Positions 7,515 through 17,815 of a stretch of 32,000 nucleotides of DNA are shown in pieces. A model generated the notes under the pieces. It was not told the origin of the DNA. It was given only the letters and a program-made list of their open reading frames with translations, and searched no databases. This DNA comes from Nitrosopumilus maritimus SCM1. GTDB lineage: Archaea; Thermoproteota; Nitrososphaeria; Nitrososphaerales; Nitrosopumilaceae. The stretch is taken from contig NC_010085.1 of the NCBI RefSeq assembly GCF_000018465.1, positions 750,001-782,000 of the forward strand. The letters run 5' to 3'. The translations under genes were made by a program, and so were the position numbers. Positions within the stretch are counted from its first letter, which is position 1. Each line of letters opens with the position of its first letter.

Positions 7515-7554
7515 TACGCATGTTTTAAATGAAAAAAATGACAAATAATCATTA

Positions 7555-8112
7555 TTGAAAAAGACAACACAAATTGGATTCTTGTTTGTAATTTTTTCAA
7601 TGATTCTAATACCATTACAAAATGATGTATTTGCAGAACTAGCAGATTTTGTAGATCCAAACAAAGACCCACAGTACTATTTGGATAGGTATTACAATGA
7701 AGTTACATACAAGTCATGGTTTGATAGAAACTATCCAGACATCACTATTGAAGAGGCTGTAGGATTAAACGAAGAAAGTTCTGTAATTGATTCAATTCTT
7801 AAAAAAGAGTTGATTCAAGAAGCTGATGCAACACTAGTTCATCAAGAGCCAATTCAAACAAACAATTCTGAAACAATACACATGATTCTAGCAATTGGTG
7901 GTTTGGGCATATTGTTTGGAGCGGTGTATGGCATAAAAAGAAAAGTAAATGACAACACAAGACAAATTTCAATTAACAAAGAGACAATCAAAAACAAGAT
8001 CATCAAACCAATAACAAGAACAAATCCCTTAGATGTTCTTCAAATGAGATTGGTAAAAGGAGAGATATCACTTGAAGAATTTGAGATACTAGAAAAGAAA
8101 CTGCAATCTTAA
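7555..8112 (+). CDS. secreted/membrane-anchored protein with a C-terminal SHOCT-like motif
   Basis: TTG start. Signal or TM segment at the N-terminus (IGFLFVIFSMILIPLQNDVFA), a second TM (MILAIGGLGILFGAVYGI), and a C-terminal LQMRLVKGEISLEEFEILEKKL. Confidence 0.6.
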   Translation: MKKTTQIGFLFVIFSMILIPLQNDVFAELADFVDPNKDPQYYLDRYYNEVTYKSWFDRNYPDITIEEAVGLNEESSVIDSILKKELIQEADATLVHQEPIQTNNSETIHMILAIGGLGILFGAVYGIKRKVNDNTRQISINKETIKNKIIKPITRTNPLDVLQMRLVKGEISLEEFEILEKKLQS

Positions 8113-9467
8113 TTTGGGATTTTCAAGTTATTTTTTATTAGCATTAATTCATCTACGGCATCCTTTTTCAAAGAACCAAAGAATTTTTCAATCATATCTA
8201 ATCCAGATACTATCTTTGGAGCATTTTTAGTCACAAATTCAGTTCTCTCAGAGTGGGTTTTAGGTCTATTTTCTTGATAGTTTTGGTAAACAGCAGCACC
8301 ATCATAATCAACATACGCAATTCTTGCACTAAAATCAGTTCTTTCAAGAACCAAGCTATCTCCACCTACTATTGCAGTATGATATGGATGGACAATTAAT
8401 GATTCAGATAATTTTTGTGAAGTTCTAATCTTTGCTTTTTGTAATTCAGGAGCGTATGCATTGAAATCTGCTAACAAATAGAATGTTGCTTCCGGTTTTG
8501 TTGCTTTAATTCCATCAATTGATGTTAATCTGTGATATGTGTATTCTCCCATTATCTTGTGAATATTTCTTGTAATTTCAAAATACTCATCCATCTCATG
8601 ACTGATTTCAAATCCCGGTACTGCAGCATGTTGAATTGGAGTAGATACAGCTGTATATTCAGTTGCAAGAATTTTTTTGAATTGTGTTCTAAGATCAGTT
8701 GCATGTTGTGGTAAGATGACATAACCTAGTCTATATCCGCCAGCAGCATGGGATTTTGATAAACCGTTTGTAACGAATGTTCCTTCAGGATAAATTTTTC
8801 CCATACTAACAAATTTTGAAAAATCATATGTAGTTTGAGCATAAATTTCATCTGAAATTACAGTTATGTTTAGTTCTCTACAAACATCTGCAATCTCTTC
8901 AAGTTCTAACCGATTGTAAAGCAATCCTGTAGGGTTGTGAGGATTATTTAATATCAGAATTTTCTGTCTGTCTTGTAATCTTAATGCTAATCTTCTAAGA
9001 TCATTTGGTGCAATTTTTTTATTTGCACGAGTTGGTAACATGTGATAGTTTTTCTTTAAGAATCTGATTTGTGGAAGATATCCCAACCATGCAGGAGTAG
9101 GTAGAATTACTGTTCCATGTAAAATTTCTAATAAATTAAAGATGAGTTCTTTGGTTCCAGGACCAACATAGATTCTGTCAGGAGATACATCCATTCCAAA
9201 GTAATGTTTGTTGTATTTTGAAATTGCATTGCGTAGTTCAGGAATACCAGGAACTGCAGCATATTCTCCCTTGTTTACATTTTTGATGAGTGCCTCTTGA
9301 ATTAATCTAGGCACAGGAAATGGTGATTGACCAAAGGCAAAGCCATAAAATCCAAAACCACACTCTGGATGAGTACAATCAGAGTGAAATTCTTGCAAAA
9401 ACGTGTTTAATTTGAGATTCTCAGGCATCTCAATATCTTCTACCTGCTGATCAACAACAAATTTCAA
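8109..9467 (-). CDS. PLP-dependent aminotransferase, class I/II fold
   Basis: LNNPHNPTG, ISDEIY, and NGLSKSHAAGGYRLGY (Schiff-base Lys context). Confidence 0.85.
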   Translation of the reverse strand: MKFVVDQQVEDIEMPENLKLNTFLQEFHSDCTHPECGFGFYGFAFGQSPFPVPRLIQEALIKNVNKGEYAAVPGIPELRNAISKYNKHYFGMDVSPDRIYVGPGTKELIFNLLEILHGTVILPTPAWLGYLPQIRFLKKNYHMLPTRANKKIAPNDLRRLALRLQDRQKILILNNPHNPTGLLYNRLELEEIADVCRELNITVISDEIYAQTTYDFSKFVSMGKIYPEGTFVTNGLSKSHAAGGYRLGYVILPQHATDLRTQFKKILATEYTAVSTPIQHAAVPGFEISHEMDEYFEITRNIHKIMGEYTYHRLTSIDGIKATKPEATFYLLADFNAYAPELQKAKIRTSQKLSESLIVHPYHTAIVGGDSLVLERTDFSARIAYVDYDGAAVYQNYQENRPKTHSERTEFVTKNAPKIVSGLDMIEKFFGSLKKDAVDELMLIKNNLKIPN

Positions 9468-9536
9468 TGCTCAGTATCAGCCATTTTGATTATTACATAA
9501 AACGTGAATTAGAAAGTATCAAAAAGTTAGTAAATG

Positions 9537-11462
9537 TTAACCAATTTTTGGAACCTCATCTAGTATCTGAGGATTCTCTAGAGAAGACAAATCACCTAAC
9601 TCTTTTCCCAATAATTTTGATTTTAGTAATCGTCTCATAATTTTTCCCGTTCTAGTTTTTGGCAAATCAGTCAATTGATAAACAAACTTTGGTTTTGCAA
9701 CTTTGCCAATCTTTTGAGAAATAAAATCAGAAACTATACCTTCCAAATTAGAATCATCTTTACTATCTGCAACAAAGAAAATAACAATAGCCTCGCCAGT
9801 AATATCATCAGGAATTGCAATAGATGCTGCATCAGAAATTTTTTCATGTGAAATTACCATATGTTCAATTTCAGCAGTACTCATTCGGTGTCCAGAGACA
9901 TTAATCACATCATCAGTTCTTCCACGCATATACCAAAGACCATCTTGATCAACAAAGACATAATCCCCATGAAACCAAATGTCTTTGAATCTAGACCAAT
10001 AAGTTTCAATGAACCGCTCATTGTCATTTAGTAACCCCCGAGTCATTCCTGGCCAAGGTGATCTAATTATGAGATAGCCATTTTTGTTTTTGACTGAATT
10101 TCCATCATTATCAACTACATCAAGGTTCATTCCAGGAACTGGAATACCAACAGTTGAAGGTTTTAGTTTCATCCCTGGAAAAACAGACAACATTGCACCA
10201 CCAATTTCAGTTCCGCCAGACAAATTCATTATTGGAATTTTCTTGTTTCCAACTTTATCAAACAACCACCACCATGAATCCTCATCAAGTGGTTCACCCG
10301 TTGTTGGAATATTTTTGATTTTATCTAATGAGAAATTTTGTAATGGTTCTTCATTATTTTTCTTGAATAATCTTGTTGCAGTAGGAGAGATTCCAAATAT
10401 TGTTGCATTATACTCTGAAAGAATTTTCCATACTCTGTCAGATTTTGGAAAATCTAATGCTCCGTCATAAATCACGGAACTTGCTCCCATGATTAGCAAT
10501 CCATAGACATTCCAGACAAGACCAGTAATCCAACCAATATCTGCAGGCCAAAATAACACATCTTGTGCCTGTAAATCTATCAAATATGCTGCCTGATGTC
10601 CTGCAAATACGGAAAAACCACCATGAACATGTACCACACCCTTTGGTTTTCCAGTAGTACCCGAAGTATACAAGATGAATAAAGGATCCTCAGAATCCAT
10701 TATTTCAGTAGGGCAATCAGGGTTTTGAGATTCTATCAATTCATTATAAAATACAATATTTTCAGAGTTTTCATACTTGTCCACCCCTTTGTATTTTACT
10801 ACAATTGTTTTTTCAACATATGTGTCTTGAATTGCTTTTTGCACGGTTTCTTTTTGAGAGATTGGTTTTCCTTTTCTACAAAAACCGTCTGAAACAAAAA
10901 GAACTTTCGCATTACAATCTTGTAATCTAATATGCAGTGATTCAGTACTATATCCTGAAAAGATTACAGTTTGAACTGCGCCAATTTTAGCTGAAGCCAA
11001 TATTGCTAAAATTGCTTCTTGAATCATCGGAAGATAAATTGCCACAACATCTCCTTTTTTGACCCTAAGTGATTTGAGACCATTTGCAAGTTTTGATACT
11101 TTGTTGTCTAATTCTTGGTATGTGAGTTTGGATGTTGCCCCATCTTCTGAAACAAAGTGATATGCAGTTTTATCAGGAGTTAATTTTACAAATTTTTCAA
11201 CTGTAGATTTGTAGATGTTTGTTTTACCATTTACAAACCATTTAGAATGCGCAATTCCATTTGAGGAATCAAGTATTTGTGAATATGGAGAGTCCCAAAC
11301 TACTCCGATGTCTTTATCAACTTCTTGCCAAAACCATTCTAGTTCATCTTTTGATTTTTTTGATAGTTCAGATAGTGATGATAGTCCATGTTTTTGCATA
11401 AAACGAAAGATATTGGACTCTTCAACTTGGTTTTGTGTTGGAACAAACTCAAAATCAGACAA
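9537..11462 (-). CDS. AMP-forming acetyl/acyl-CoA synthetase
   Basis: YTSGTTGKPKG (A3 motif), GDYVFVDQDGLWYMRGRTDDVINVSGHR, PKTRTGKIMRR. Length (641 aa) and the N-terminal region resemble acetate-CoA ligase. Confidence 0.9.
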   Translation of the reverse strand: MSDFEFVPTQNQVEESNIFRFMQKHGLSSLSELSKKSKDELEWFWQEVDKDIGVVWDSPYSQILDSSNGIAHSKWFVNGKTNIYKSTVEKFVKLTPDKTAYHFVSEDGATSKLTYQELDNKVSKLANGLKSLRVKKGDVVAIYLPMIQEAILAILASAKIGAVQTVIFSGYSTESLHIRLQDCNAKVLFVSDGFCRKGKPISQKETVQKAIQDTYVEKTIVVKYKGVDKYENSENIVFYNELIESQNPDCPTEIMDSEDPLFILYTSGTTGKPKGVVHVHGGFSVFAGHQAAYLIDLQAQDVLFWPADIGWITGLVWNVYGLLIMGASSVIYDGALDFPKSDRVWKILSEYNATIFGISPTATRLFKKNNEEPLQNFSLDKIKNIPTTGEPLDEDSWWWLFDKVGNKKIPIMNLSGGTEIGGAMLSVFPGMKLKPSTVGIPVPGMNLDVVDNDGNSVKNKNGYLIIRSPWPGMTRGLLNDNERFIETYWSRFKDIWFHGDYVFVDQDGLWYMRGRTDDVINVSGHRMSTAEIEHMVISHEKISDAASIAIPDDITGEAIVIFFVADSKDDSNLEGIVSDFISQKIGKVAKPKFVYQLTDLPKTRTGKIMRRLLKSKLLGKELGDLSSLENPQILDEVPKIG

Positions 11463-11505
11463 TATTCAATTTTTAAAATCAGATAGACTGTAAAAAGATT
11501 TTAGA

Positions 11506-11769
11506 TTAAGAAATATCAATTCCAAGACGTCTTGCACAGGCAATTGCTGCCTTTCCGTGATCTTCAGTAATTCCTGCTTTTTCAAATTCTTTGATTCGTT
11601 TTGTTCCAGAAAATGTTGTATTTTCATGATAGTATTCCCTCAAAATTACGCCTACCTGCTCGTCTAATCGCTTGCGAGTAGCATCATTCATGCCTGCCTG
11701 AAGCACAGTAGCATCAGATGTTGCTAAAATTTTGATAAATTCTATATCCTCAAGGGAGAGTTCAGACAT
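11506..11769 (-). CDS. hypothetical protein, last gene of the aspS-gatCAB transcription unit
   Basis: 87 aa. Starts 3 nt after the gatB stop on the same strand. No motif recognised. Confidence 0.55.
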   Translation of the reverse strand: MSELSLEDIEFIKILATSDATVLQAGMNDATRKRLDEQVGVILREYYHENTTFSGTKRIKEFEKAGITEDHGKAAIACARRLGIDIS

Positions 11770-11772
11770 TTC

Positions 11773-13176
11773 TTATTCAATCTGTTTTTTGAGTAAATCA
11801 AGGGTGAGTTTAGGATCTGCCTTGCCTTTTGTTTTTTGCATCACCTTTCCTACAAGATAGTTTATTGTTTGAGGGTTTGATTTTGCTTGTTCTACCGCTT
11901 GAGGTTCTTCTGAAATTACATCTTTGATAACTGTAAGTAATTCTGATTCATCAGATACATTTCCTAAATCAAGATCAGACATTACTTGTGATAATTCTTT
12001 ACCAGATTTTACAATCTCATGCAAGGCATTTTTAGCTGAATTTCTTGAAATCTTTCCTGTTTGAATTGCATCAGCCAAATCTCTCAAATGTGTAGCAGTA
12101 ATCTTTGATGCTTCACGTTTTTCTCTAGTATCTACCAATCCCATTAAATCAGTTGTAATGATATTTGCAATCTCTTTTGCATTTGATTCAGTGTGAGAAT
12201 CCTCAAACAAATCCGAATAGAATTTGTCTGATGATAAAACATCTGCTACTTGATTTGGAATATTATATTTTGAAACATATCTTTCTTTTTTGGAACTAAT
12301 ACTTTCAGGCATTTCAGATTTTAATTTCTCTTGTATTGCAGGATCAATTGTAACCCAAGGAATGTCACCTTCCAAGAAATAACGATAGTCCAATGCTTCT
12401 TCTTTGGAACGAGATGAAATTGTTATCTTTCTTTTATCATCCCAATGACGAGTCTCTTGTGCAATTTCTATCTCTCTAGAATGCAAACTCTCTTGTCTTG
12501 TAATTTCAAAATGAACTGCTTTTTCTAAATCATGAAATGAACCAATATTTTTTATCTCAACTTTCTTTCCACCTTCAATGGAAACGTTTGCGTCTGCCCT
12601 CATTGCACCTTCTAAACTAGGATCAGATACTCCGAGATTTTCTAACAAATCAGATAAAATATTGAGAAATTCTCTTACCTGTTTTGGGTTCTCAAAGTCT
12701 GGCTCTGTAACAATCTCAACTAGAGGCGTACCTGCACGATTGTAATCAACTAGAGTTATTTGGTTTTTAGAAGAGGTTCCCTCGTAAATGAGCCTACCCG
12801 GGTCCTCTTCGAGTTGGATTCTGGTAATTCTGATTTCCTTGTCTCCAACCATGATAGAGCCAGGGCCACCTACACTAGTATCTCCATAGATGTTAAGTTG
12901 TGTAATTTGGAAGTTTTTTGGCAAATCCGGATAAAAGTAATTTTTTCTAAAGAATGCAATTTTTTCAGGAGTAGAACAGTTTAGTGCCATCGCAATCATT
13001 GTTGCTTTTTTGACAGCATCTTGATTTAGTCGGGGTAAACTTCCAGGCAATCCCATACACACAGGACAAATGTTTTCATTGATTTCGAATTGACGATAGT
13101 TTGCTTTACATGAGCAGAACAATTTGCTTTCAAGATTTGTTAATTGACAGTGAATCTCCAAACCAATTTTGGTCAT
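11773..13176 (-). CDS. gatB: Asp-tRNA(Asn)/Glu-tRNA(Gln) amidotransferase subunit B
   Basis: GLEIHCQL, CPVCMGLPGSLP, RIQLEEDPGR, a C-terminal YqeY-like tail, and operon context. Confidence 0.95.
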   Translation of the reverse strand: MTKIGLEIHCQLTNLESKLFCSCKANYRQFEINENICPVCMGLPGSLPRLNQDAVKKATMIAMALNCSTPEKIAFFRKNYFYPDLPKNFQITQLNIYGDTSVGGPGSIMVGDKEIRITRIQLEEDPGRLIYEGTSSKNQITLVDYNRAGTPLVEIVTEPDFENPKQVREFLNILSDLLENLGVSDPSLEGAMRADANVSIEGGKKVEIKNIGSFHDLEKAVHFEITRQESLHSREIEIAQETRHWDDKRKITISSRSKEEALDYRYFLEGDIPWVTIDPAIQEKLKSEMPESISSKKERYVSKYNIPNQVADVLSSDKFYSDLFEDSHTESNAKEIANIITTDLMGLVDTREKREASKITATHLRDLADAIQTGKISRNSAKNALHEIVKSGKELSQVMSDLDLGNVSDESELLTVIKDVISEEPQAVEQAKSNPQTINYLVGKVMQKTKGKADPKLTLDLLKKQIE

Positions 13177-14618
13177 ATTGGAACCTCCGGTAGTTTTACA
13201 GTTTGTTCTAATGCCTGTGCTGCTTGAAGTAGCATTTTATCATTCATAGAATCTGCCAGTAATTGAATTCCAATTGGCAATCCGTTTGAAACAGCAAATG
13301 GAACAGAGATTGCAGGCTTTCCTGTAAGATTTGCAGTAACAGTATTGATATCAACTAGGAATAATGCAACAGGATCATCAATTTTTTCTCCAAGTTTGAA
13401 TGGTAAGATTGGAACAGTTGGTGCAATTAGTAAATCATATTTTTTGAAAGCATCATTGATTTCCTTTGTGAGTTTATTTTTTACTTTGAGTGCTTTTAGG
13501 AAATACTTGCCAGCATGTCCTGCAGATGGAACAAATCCACCAATGATCATTCTTCTTGTAACTTCAGGTCCAAAGTTCTTTCTTGCCTTTTGAATGTATG
13601 AATTAAACTCGTATCCTTCAACTGAAAAATCATAACCATATCTCAAGTTGTCATATCTTGCTAAGTTACTTCCAGCTTCAGTTGCAGTAATAGTATAGTA
13701 TGCTGCAACAGAATATTTCACCATGTCAAGTGAGACTTCCTCACATATTGCACCTAATCCTTCAAGTTTTGATATAGCATCCTTTGTTGCAGATACCACT
13801 GCAGGATCTGTACCTTCAGCCATCATCTCTTTGATTATGCCTATTTTCTTGCCTTCAACGCCCGAATCTATGCCTGAAAGATAGTCCTCACTCTTGTTAT
13901 CAACTGTAGTGTTGTCATTAGGATCTAATCCCGTTATCATGTTTAGCAAAAATGCAGTATCTTTGACAGTTCTAGTAACAGGTCCAATCTGCTCAATGCT
14001 GTTTGCATAGGAGATGAGACCATATCTGCTAATCAGACCATATGTTGGTTTGTAACCTACTGCTGAACAAAAGCTAGCAGGGTTTCGGACAGAACCACCA
14101 GTATCAGAACCAAGGGATGCTACACATTCAAAGGCACTTACAGAAACAGCACTGCCACCTGATGAACCACCAGGAGTACAGTCAACATTCCAAGGATTTT
14201 TGCTTGGACCATATGCGCTAAATTCAGTTGTCAACCCCATTGCAAACTCATCCATGTTTGCTTTTCCAATAAAGATTGCATCTTGTTCTTTGAGTTTTGA
14301 TATTACTGTTGCATCATATGGTGCAACAAAATTCTCAAGCATCTTTGATGCACAAGTGGTTTTGCTATTTTTGATACACATGTTGTCTTTAATTGAAATT
14401 GGCATTCCAAAACATACACCTACTTTATCTCCAGATTTTATTTTCTTGTCAATCTCTCTTGCTTGGTTAATTGCATCATCATTTACAGATAAAAATGCGT
14501 GTAGTTTTTCATCTACACTGTGAATGTGTTCTAAAGTTGCAGCAGTAAAATCTTCAGCAGAGATATTTCCATTTTGTACTTCTTGTACATAGTCTAGAGC
14601 AGAAATTTTGAGATTCAT
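13173..14618 (-). CDS. gatA: Asp-tRNA(Asn)/Glu-tRNA(Gln) amidotransferase subunit A
   Basis: Amidase signature GGSSGGSAVSVSA ... GSDTGGSVRNPASFC. Overlaps gatB by 4 nt. Confidence 0.95.
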   Translation of the reverse strand: MNLKISALDYVQEVQNGNISAEDFTAATLEHIHSVDEKLHAFLSVNDDAINQAREIDKKIKSGDKVGVCFGMPISIKDNMCIKNSKTTCASKMLENFVAPYDATVISKLKEQDAIFIGKANMDEFAMGLTTEFSAYGPSKNPWNVDCTPGGSSGGSAVSVSAFECVASLGSDTGGSVRNPASFCSAVGYKPTYGLISRYGLISYANSIEQIGPVTRTVKDTAFLLNMITGLDPNDNTTVDNKSEDYLSGIDSGVEGKKIGIIKEMMAEGTDPAVVSATKDAISKLEGLGAICEEVSLDMVKYSVAAYYTITATEAGSNLARYDNLRYGYDFSVEGYEFNSYIQKARKNFGPEVTRRMIIGGFVPSAGHAGKYFLKALKVKNKLTKEINDAFKKYDLLIAPTVPILPFKLGEKIDDPVALFLVDINTVTANLTGKPAISVPFAVSNGLPIGIQLLADSMNDKMLLQAAQALEQTVKLPEVPI

Positions 14619-14884
14619 TATGACATCTTTGGAGCTCGAACATAGGTTCCTTTGTAGTGATTTAGTTTTTCAATGAGTTTTTCATCAAATGGGATGTGTT
14701 TATCTTCACGTAAAGCAGTAATAGGAATTTCTTGCATAGAGATTTCTTCATCCTCAACTCCTGCAGAATCTAAAATGTCAAAATAATCGATCATAGCATG
14801 TACCTTGTCTACATACTCTTTATGATCATCTACCTCGATTTTCATTAATTTTGCTACTTTCTCAATCTCTTCTTCTGTAACCAT
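14618..14884 (-). CDS. gatC: Asp-tRNA(Asn)/Glu-tRNA(Gln) amidotransferase subunit C
   Basis: 88 aa, IEKVAKLMKIEV ... ALREDK, immediately upstream of gatA. Confidence 0.85.
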   Translation of the reverse strand: MVTEEEIEKVAKLMKIEVDDHKEYVDKVHAMIDYFDILDSAGVEDEEISMQEIPITALREDKHIPFDEKLIEKLNHYKGTYVRAPKMS

Positions 14885-14894
14885 TTTACCACAC

Positions 14895-16205
14895 CTATGG
14901 TGTTAGTCTATCAACATCTCTTGGATAAAATGTTACATCACGGATGTTTTCTGTGCCTGTCAAGGCCATAATTAGCCTCTCAAGACCAATACCACATCCG
15001 GCGTGAGGAGGAACTCCATAATCAAATGCACCAAGATGGTACTCAAATGCATCAGTGTTCATGCCTTTATTCTTCATTCTCTCAGCTAGTTCATTTCGTT
15101 TTTCAATTCTTGTACTACCAGAAGACAATTCCAAATCACCAAACATCAAATCAAAGGATTCAGAAATTTTTGGATTAGCTTTGCTGTCTTTTACATAGAA
15201 GGGTTTTGGTGCCAATGGCCAATCTTTGATAAAGTAAAATCCTTCAAGACCAATTTTTTTGAGGTTTGATGGATACAAGTCATCACCCCATTCTGTTTTT
15301 GCACCAGCCTTTTGCATTTTATCAACTAAATCATCATAAGAATATTGAGGGATGGTTTCAGGGATTTCTGGAATTGTAAACTCTGCATCAGGATTATCTT
15401 TTGCATAATCAGTTACTGTTTTAATTGAAATTTTGATAATTTCTTCAATCCTACTCATCACATCATTGTAATCAATAAATGCTTCTTCCAAATCAATAGA
15501 TATTGCTTCAGCAAGATGACGGTTAGTTCTTGATGGTTCTGCTCTAAAAATTGGAGCAATTTCAAAAACTTTTTCAAAACTCATTGTCAATTGTTCTTTG
15601 TACAATTGCGGGCTCTGAGCCAAGAATGCTTCTTTGTTATAGTAAAATATTGGAAATAATGCAGCGCCACCTTCAGTAGCTGTTGCAATCATCTTTGGAG
15701 TATTGATTTCAACAAAATTTTGATCATTAAAGTAACTGCGAATTGATTTTAGAACTAAACTTCTAGTGTTGAAGATATGTTGTAGTACCTTTCTTCTAAG
15801 GTCAATTGGTCTTACCTCTAGTCTTGTATCGATATTTTTGACAGTCTTGGCTATAGGCTCAAAGGGAGGAATTTTTTCAACTTCAGAAAATACTCGAAGT
15901 TCAGTTGGAACTATCTCATAACCACTAGGGGCTTTTTCAGAGGATTTTACATTTCCAGTAATTGCAATTGAAGAATGTGCTTTGAGGTAGGATATCTTTT
16001 CACGAATATCATCAGGACAATCGCCTTTCTTTGCAACAACAGAAACATCACCATTTTTGTCACGAATTGTAGCAAAACTGATGTTTCCATGTCCTCTAAC
16101 AGTTAGAACCCATCCCATTACAGTAACTTGGGTGCCATCCATTGAGGAATTGATTTCATCAGAATAATGAGATCTACGTAAAGTTCCTAGCTCAGTTTCT
16201 ATCAA
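14895..16205 (-). CDS. aspS: aspartate--tRNA ligase, archaeal type (probably non-discriminating given the linked gatCAB)
   Basis: TTG start. OB-fold N-terminus, then class II motifs FRAEPSRTNRHLAE and GLERL. 436 aa. Confidence 0.95.
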   Translation of the reverse strand: MIETELGTLRRSHYSDEINSSMDGTQVTVMGWVLTVRGHGNISFATIRDKNGDVSVVAKKGDCPDDIREKISYLKAHSSIAITGNVKSSEKAPSGYEIVPTELRVFSEVEKIPPFEPIAKTVKNIDTRLEVRPIDLRRKVLQHIFNTRSLVLKSIRSYFNDQNFVEINTPKMIATATEGGAALFPIFYYNKEAFLAQSPQLYKEQLTMSFEKVFEIAPIFRAEPSRTNRHLAEAISIDLEEAFIDYNDVMSRIEEIIKISIKTVTDYAKDNPDAEFTIPEIPETIPQYSYDDLVDKMQKAGAKTEWGDDLYPSNLKKIGLEGFYFIKDWPLAPKPFYVKDSKANPKISESFDLMFGDLELSSGSTRIEKRNELAERMKNKGMNTDAFEYHLGAFDYGVPPHAGCGIGLERLIMALTGTENIRDVTFYPRDVDRLTP

Positions 16206-16315
16206 ATTACTCTACTGCATATTTCATGGTGTAATTAATTTTTATATTCAGAGATCAGCCAATTTCTCAATTTTCATAATGCTTATAGCCAGTACCGATT
16301 CCACTCCAAAACAAG

Positions 16316-16501
16316 ATGGATGTACTAATAGCAATCGTTATTGGATTTATCCTCGTAGTGGCAGGATATGTTGGATATTATGCATCTCAAGAAGAACCTA
16401 AAGCTGGTGGACACGACATACCACTGGAATTAGAAGTACTCGACACAGAAACCAAATCCATTCAGTCATTTAATCAAGCAATGACCAAATCAATATCTTG
16501 A
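16316..16501 (+). CDS. small membrane protein
   Basis: 61 aa with one N-terminal TM (VLIAIVIGFILVVAGYVGYY). Confidence 0.45.
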   Translation: MDVLIAIVIGFILVVAGYVGYYASQEEPKAGGHDIPLELEVLDTETKSIQSFNQAMTKSIS

Positions 16502-16550
16502 GATCAAGATAAAATTTACATTAATTTACCAGTAATTTTCACAATTTTTC

Positions 16551-16760
16551 ATGGTTCTTTCAAACAAAGAAAAACTTGTAGCAGTTATTGCAAATGGAGT
16601 ATCAGTATTTTCTTTGTTACAAGAAAGAGAAGAACTTCCAAAAAATACAACAGTGTATGATTTTGTTCTAAAGGTGATTCCAGAAGATCTCAAATCTGAA
16701 CTCAGTGTAGAGTTGATAGATGAGGTTTTCCAATACGTCACATCCGCACATAGTTCATAA
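16551..16760 (+). CDS. small hypothetical protein
   Basis: 69 aa with an ATG start. More protein-like than the Ser-rich antisense ORF 16526..16741. Confidence 0.45.
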   Translation: MVLSNKEKLVAVIANGVSVFSLLQEREELPKNTTVYDFVLKVIPEDLKSELSVELIDEVFQYVTSAHSS

Positions 16761-16787
16761 AGTACAAAATTCTAGGATATTCATAAA

Positions 16788-17813
16788 ATGGCCTCGATTG
16801 CAACACTAGGTTCTCACTGTTCACTACAGGTTCTAAAAGGTGCAAAAGATGAAGGCTTGAAAACAATTCTAGTTTGTGAGAAAAAACGTGAAAAACTATA
16901 CCGAAGATTTCCATTTATTGATGAATTAATCATAGTAGACAAATTCAGAGAAGTTCTTGATGAAAAAGTCCAGTCAACTCTTGAACAAAATGATGCAGTG
17001 TTGATTCCTCATGGAACCTTAATTGCACAGATGAGTTCTGATGAGATTGAATCAATCAAGACCCCAATCTTTGGTAATAAATGGATTCTTAGATGGGAGT
17101 CAGATAGAGAGATGAAAGAAAAACTCATGAGAGAAGCAACTCTTCCAATGCCAAAACCAGTTACAAATCCTAGTGAGATTGAAAAATTATCAATTGTAAA
17201 AAGACAGGGTGCAGCCGGAGGTAAAGGTTACTTTATGGCAGCAAATGAGGATGATTACAATACAAAAAGAAATCAATTGATTTCAGAAGGAGTTATTTCT
17301 GAAGATGAAACATTGTACATTCAAGAATATGCTGCAGGTGTTTTAGCATACTTGACATTTTTCTATTCTCCACTAAAAGAAGAATTAGAATTCTATGGAG
17401 TTGATCAAAGACATGAATCAGATATTGAAGGATTGGGAAGAATTCCAGCTGAGCAGCAAATGAAATCAAACAAAGTTCCATCATTCAATGTCATTGGAAA
17501 CAGTCCACTAGTTTTGCGCGAATCATTGTTAGATGAAGTATACACAATGGGTGAGAATTTTGTTGAAGCATCAAAAAGAATTGTTGCACCTGGAATGAAC
17601 GGTCCATTTTGTATAGAAGGAGTATATGATGAGAATGCACAATTCACATCATTTGAATTTTCAGCAAGAATTGTTGCAGGCTCTAATATCTACATGGATG
17701 GCTCTCCATACTACAATTTACTATTCAATGAAACCATGAGTATGGGAAAAAGAATAGCCAGAGAAGTAAAGACAGCCGCAGAAACAAACCAGTTAGATAA
17801 AGTTACAACATAA
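16788..17813 (+). CDS. purP: 5-formaminoimidazole-4-carboxamide ribonucleotide (FAICAR) synthetase, archaeal ATP-grasp PurP
   Basis: IATLGSHCSLQVLKGAKDEGLKT is the typical PurP N-terminus. ATP-grasp core; about 340 aa. Confidence 0.9.
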   Translation: MASIATLGSHCSLQVLKGAKDEGLKTILVCEKKREKLYRRFPFIDELIIVDKFREVLDEKVQSTLEQNDAVLIPHGTLIAQMSSDEIESIKTPIFGNKWILRWESDREMKEKLMREATLPMPKPVTNPSEIEKLSIVKRQGAAGGKGYFMAANEDDYNTKRNQLISEGVISEDETLYIQEYAAGVLAYLTFFYSPLKEELEFYGVDQRHESDIEGLGRIPAEQQMKSNKVPSFNVIGNSPLVLRESLLDEVYTMGENFVEASKRIVAPGMNGPFCIEGVYDENAQFTSFEFSARIVAGSNIYMDGSPYYNLLFNETMSMGKRIAREVKTAAETNQLDKVTT

Positions 17814-17815
17814 GA

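Noticed and set aside
8532-14523. Antisense track ORFs inside the aminotransferase, acyl-CoA synthetase, gatB and gatA genes (8532..8714, 10084..10470, 11215..11493, 12760..12984, 13345..13593, 14200..14523)
   Set aside because: Each lies fully within a strongly supported CDS on the opposite strand and has a biased, Ser/Phe/Ile-rich composition.
16526-16741. 71-aa minus-strand ORF overlapping 16551..16760
   Set aside because: It is very Ser/Thr-rich and lacks features. The + strand alternative has a more protein-like composition. Neither is strongly supported.
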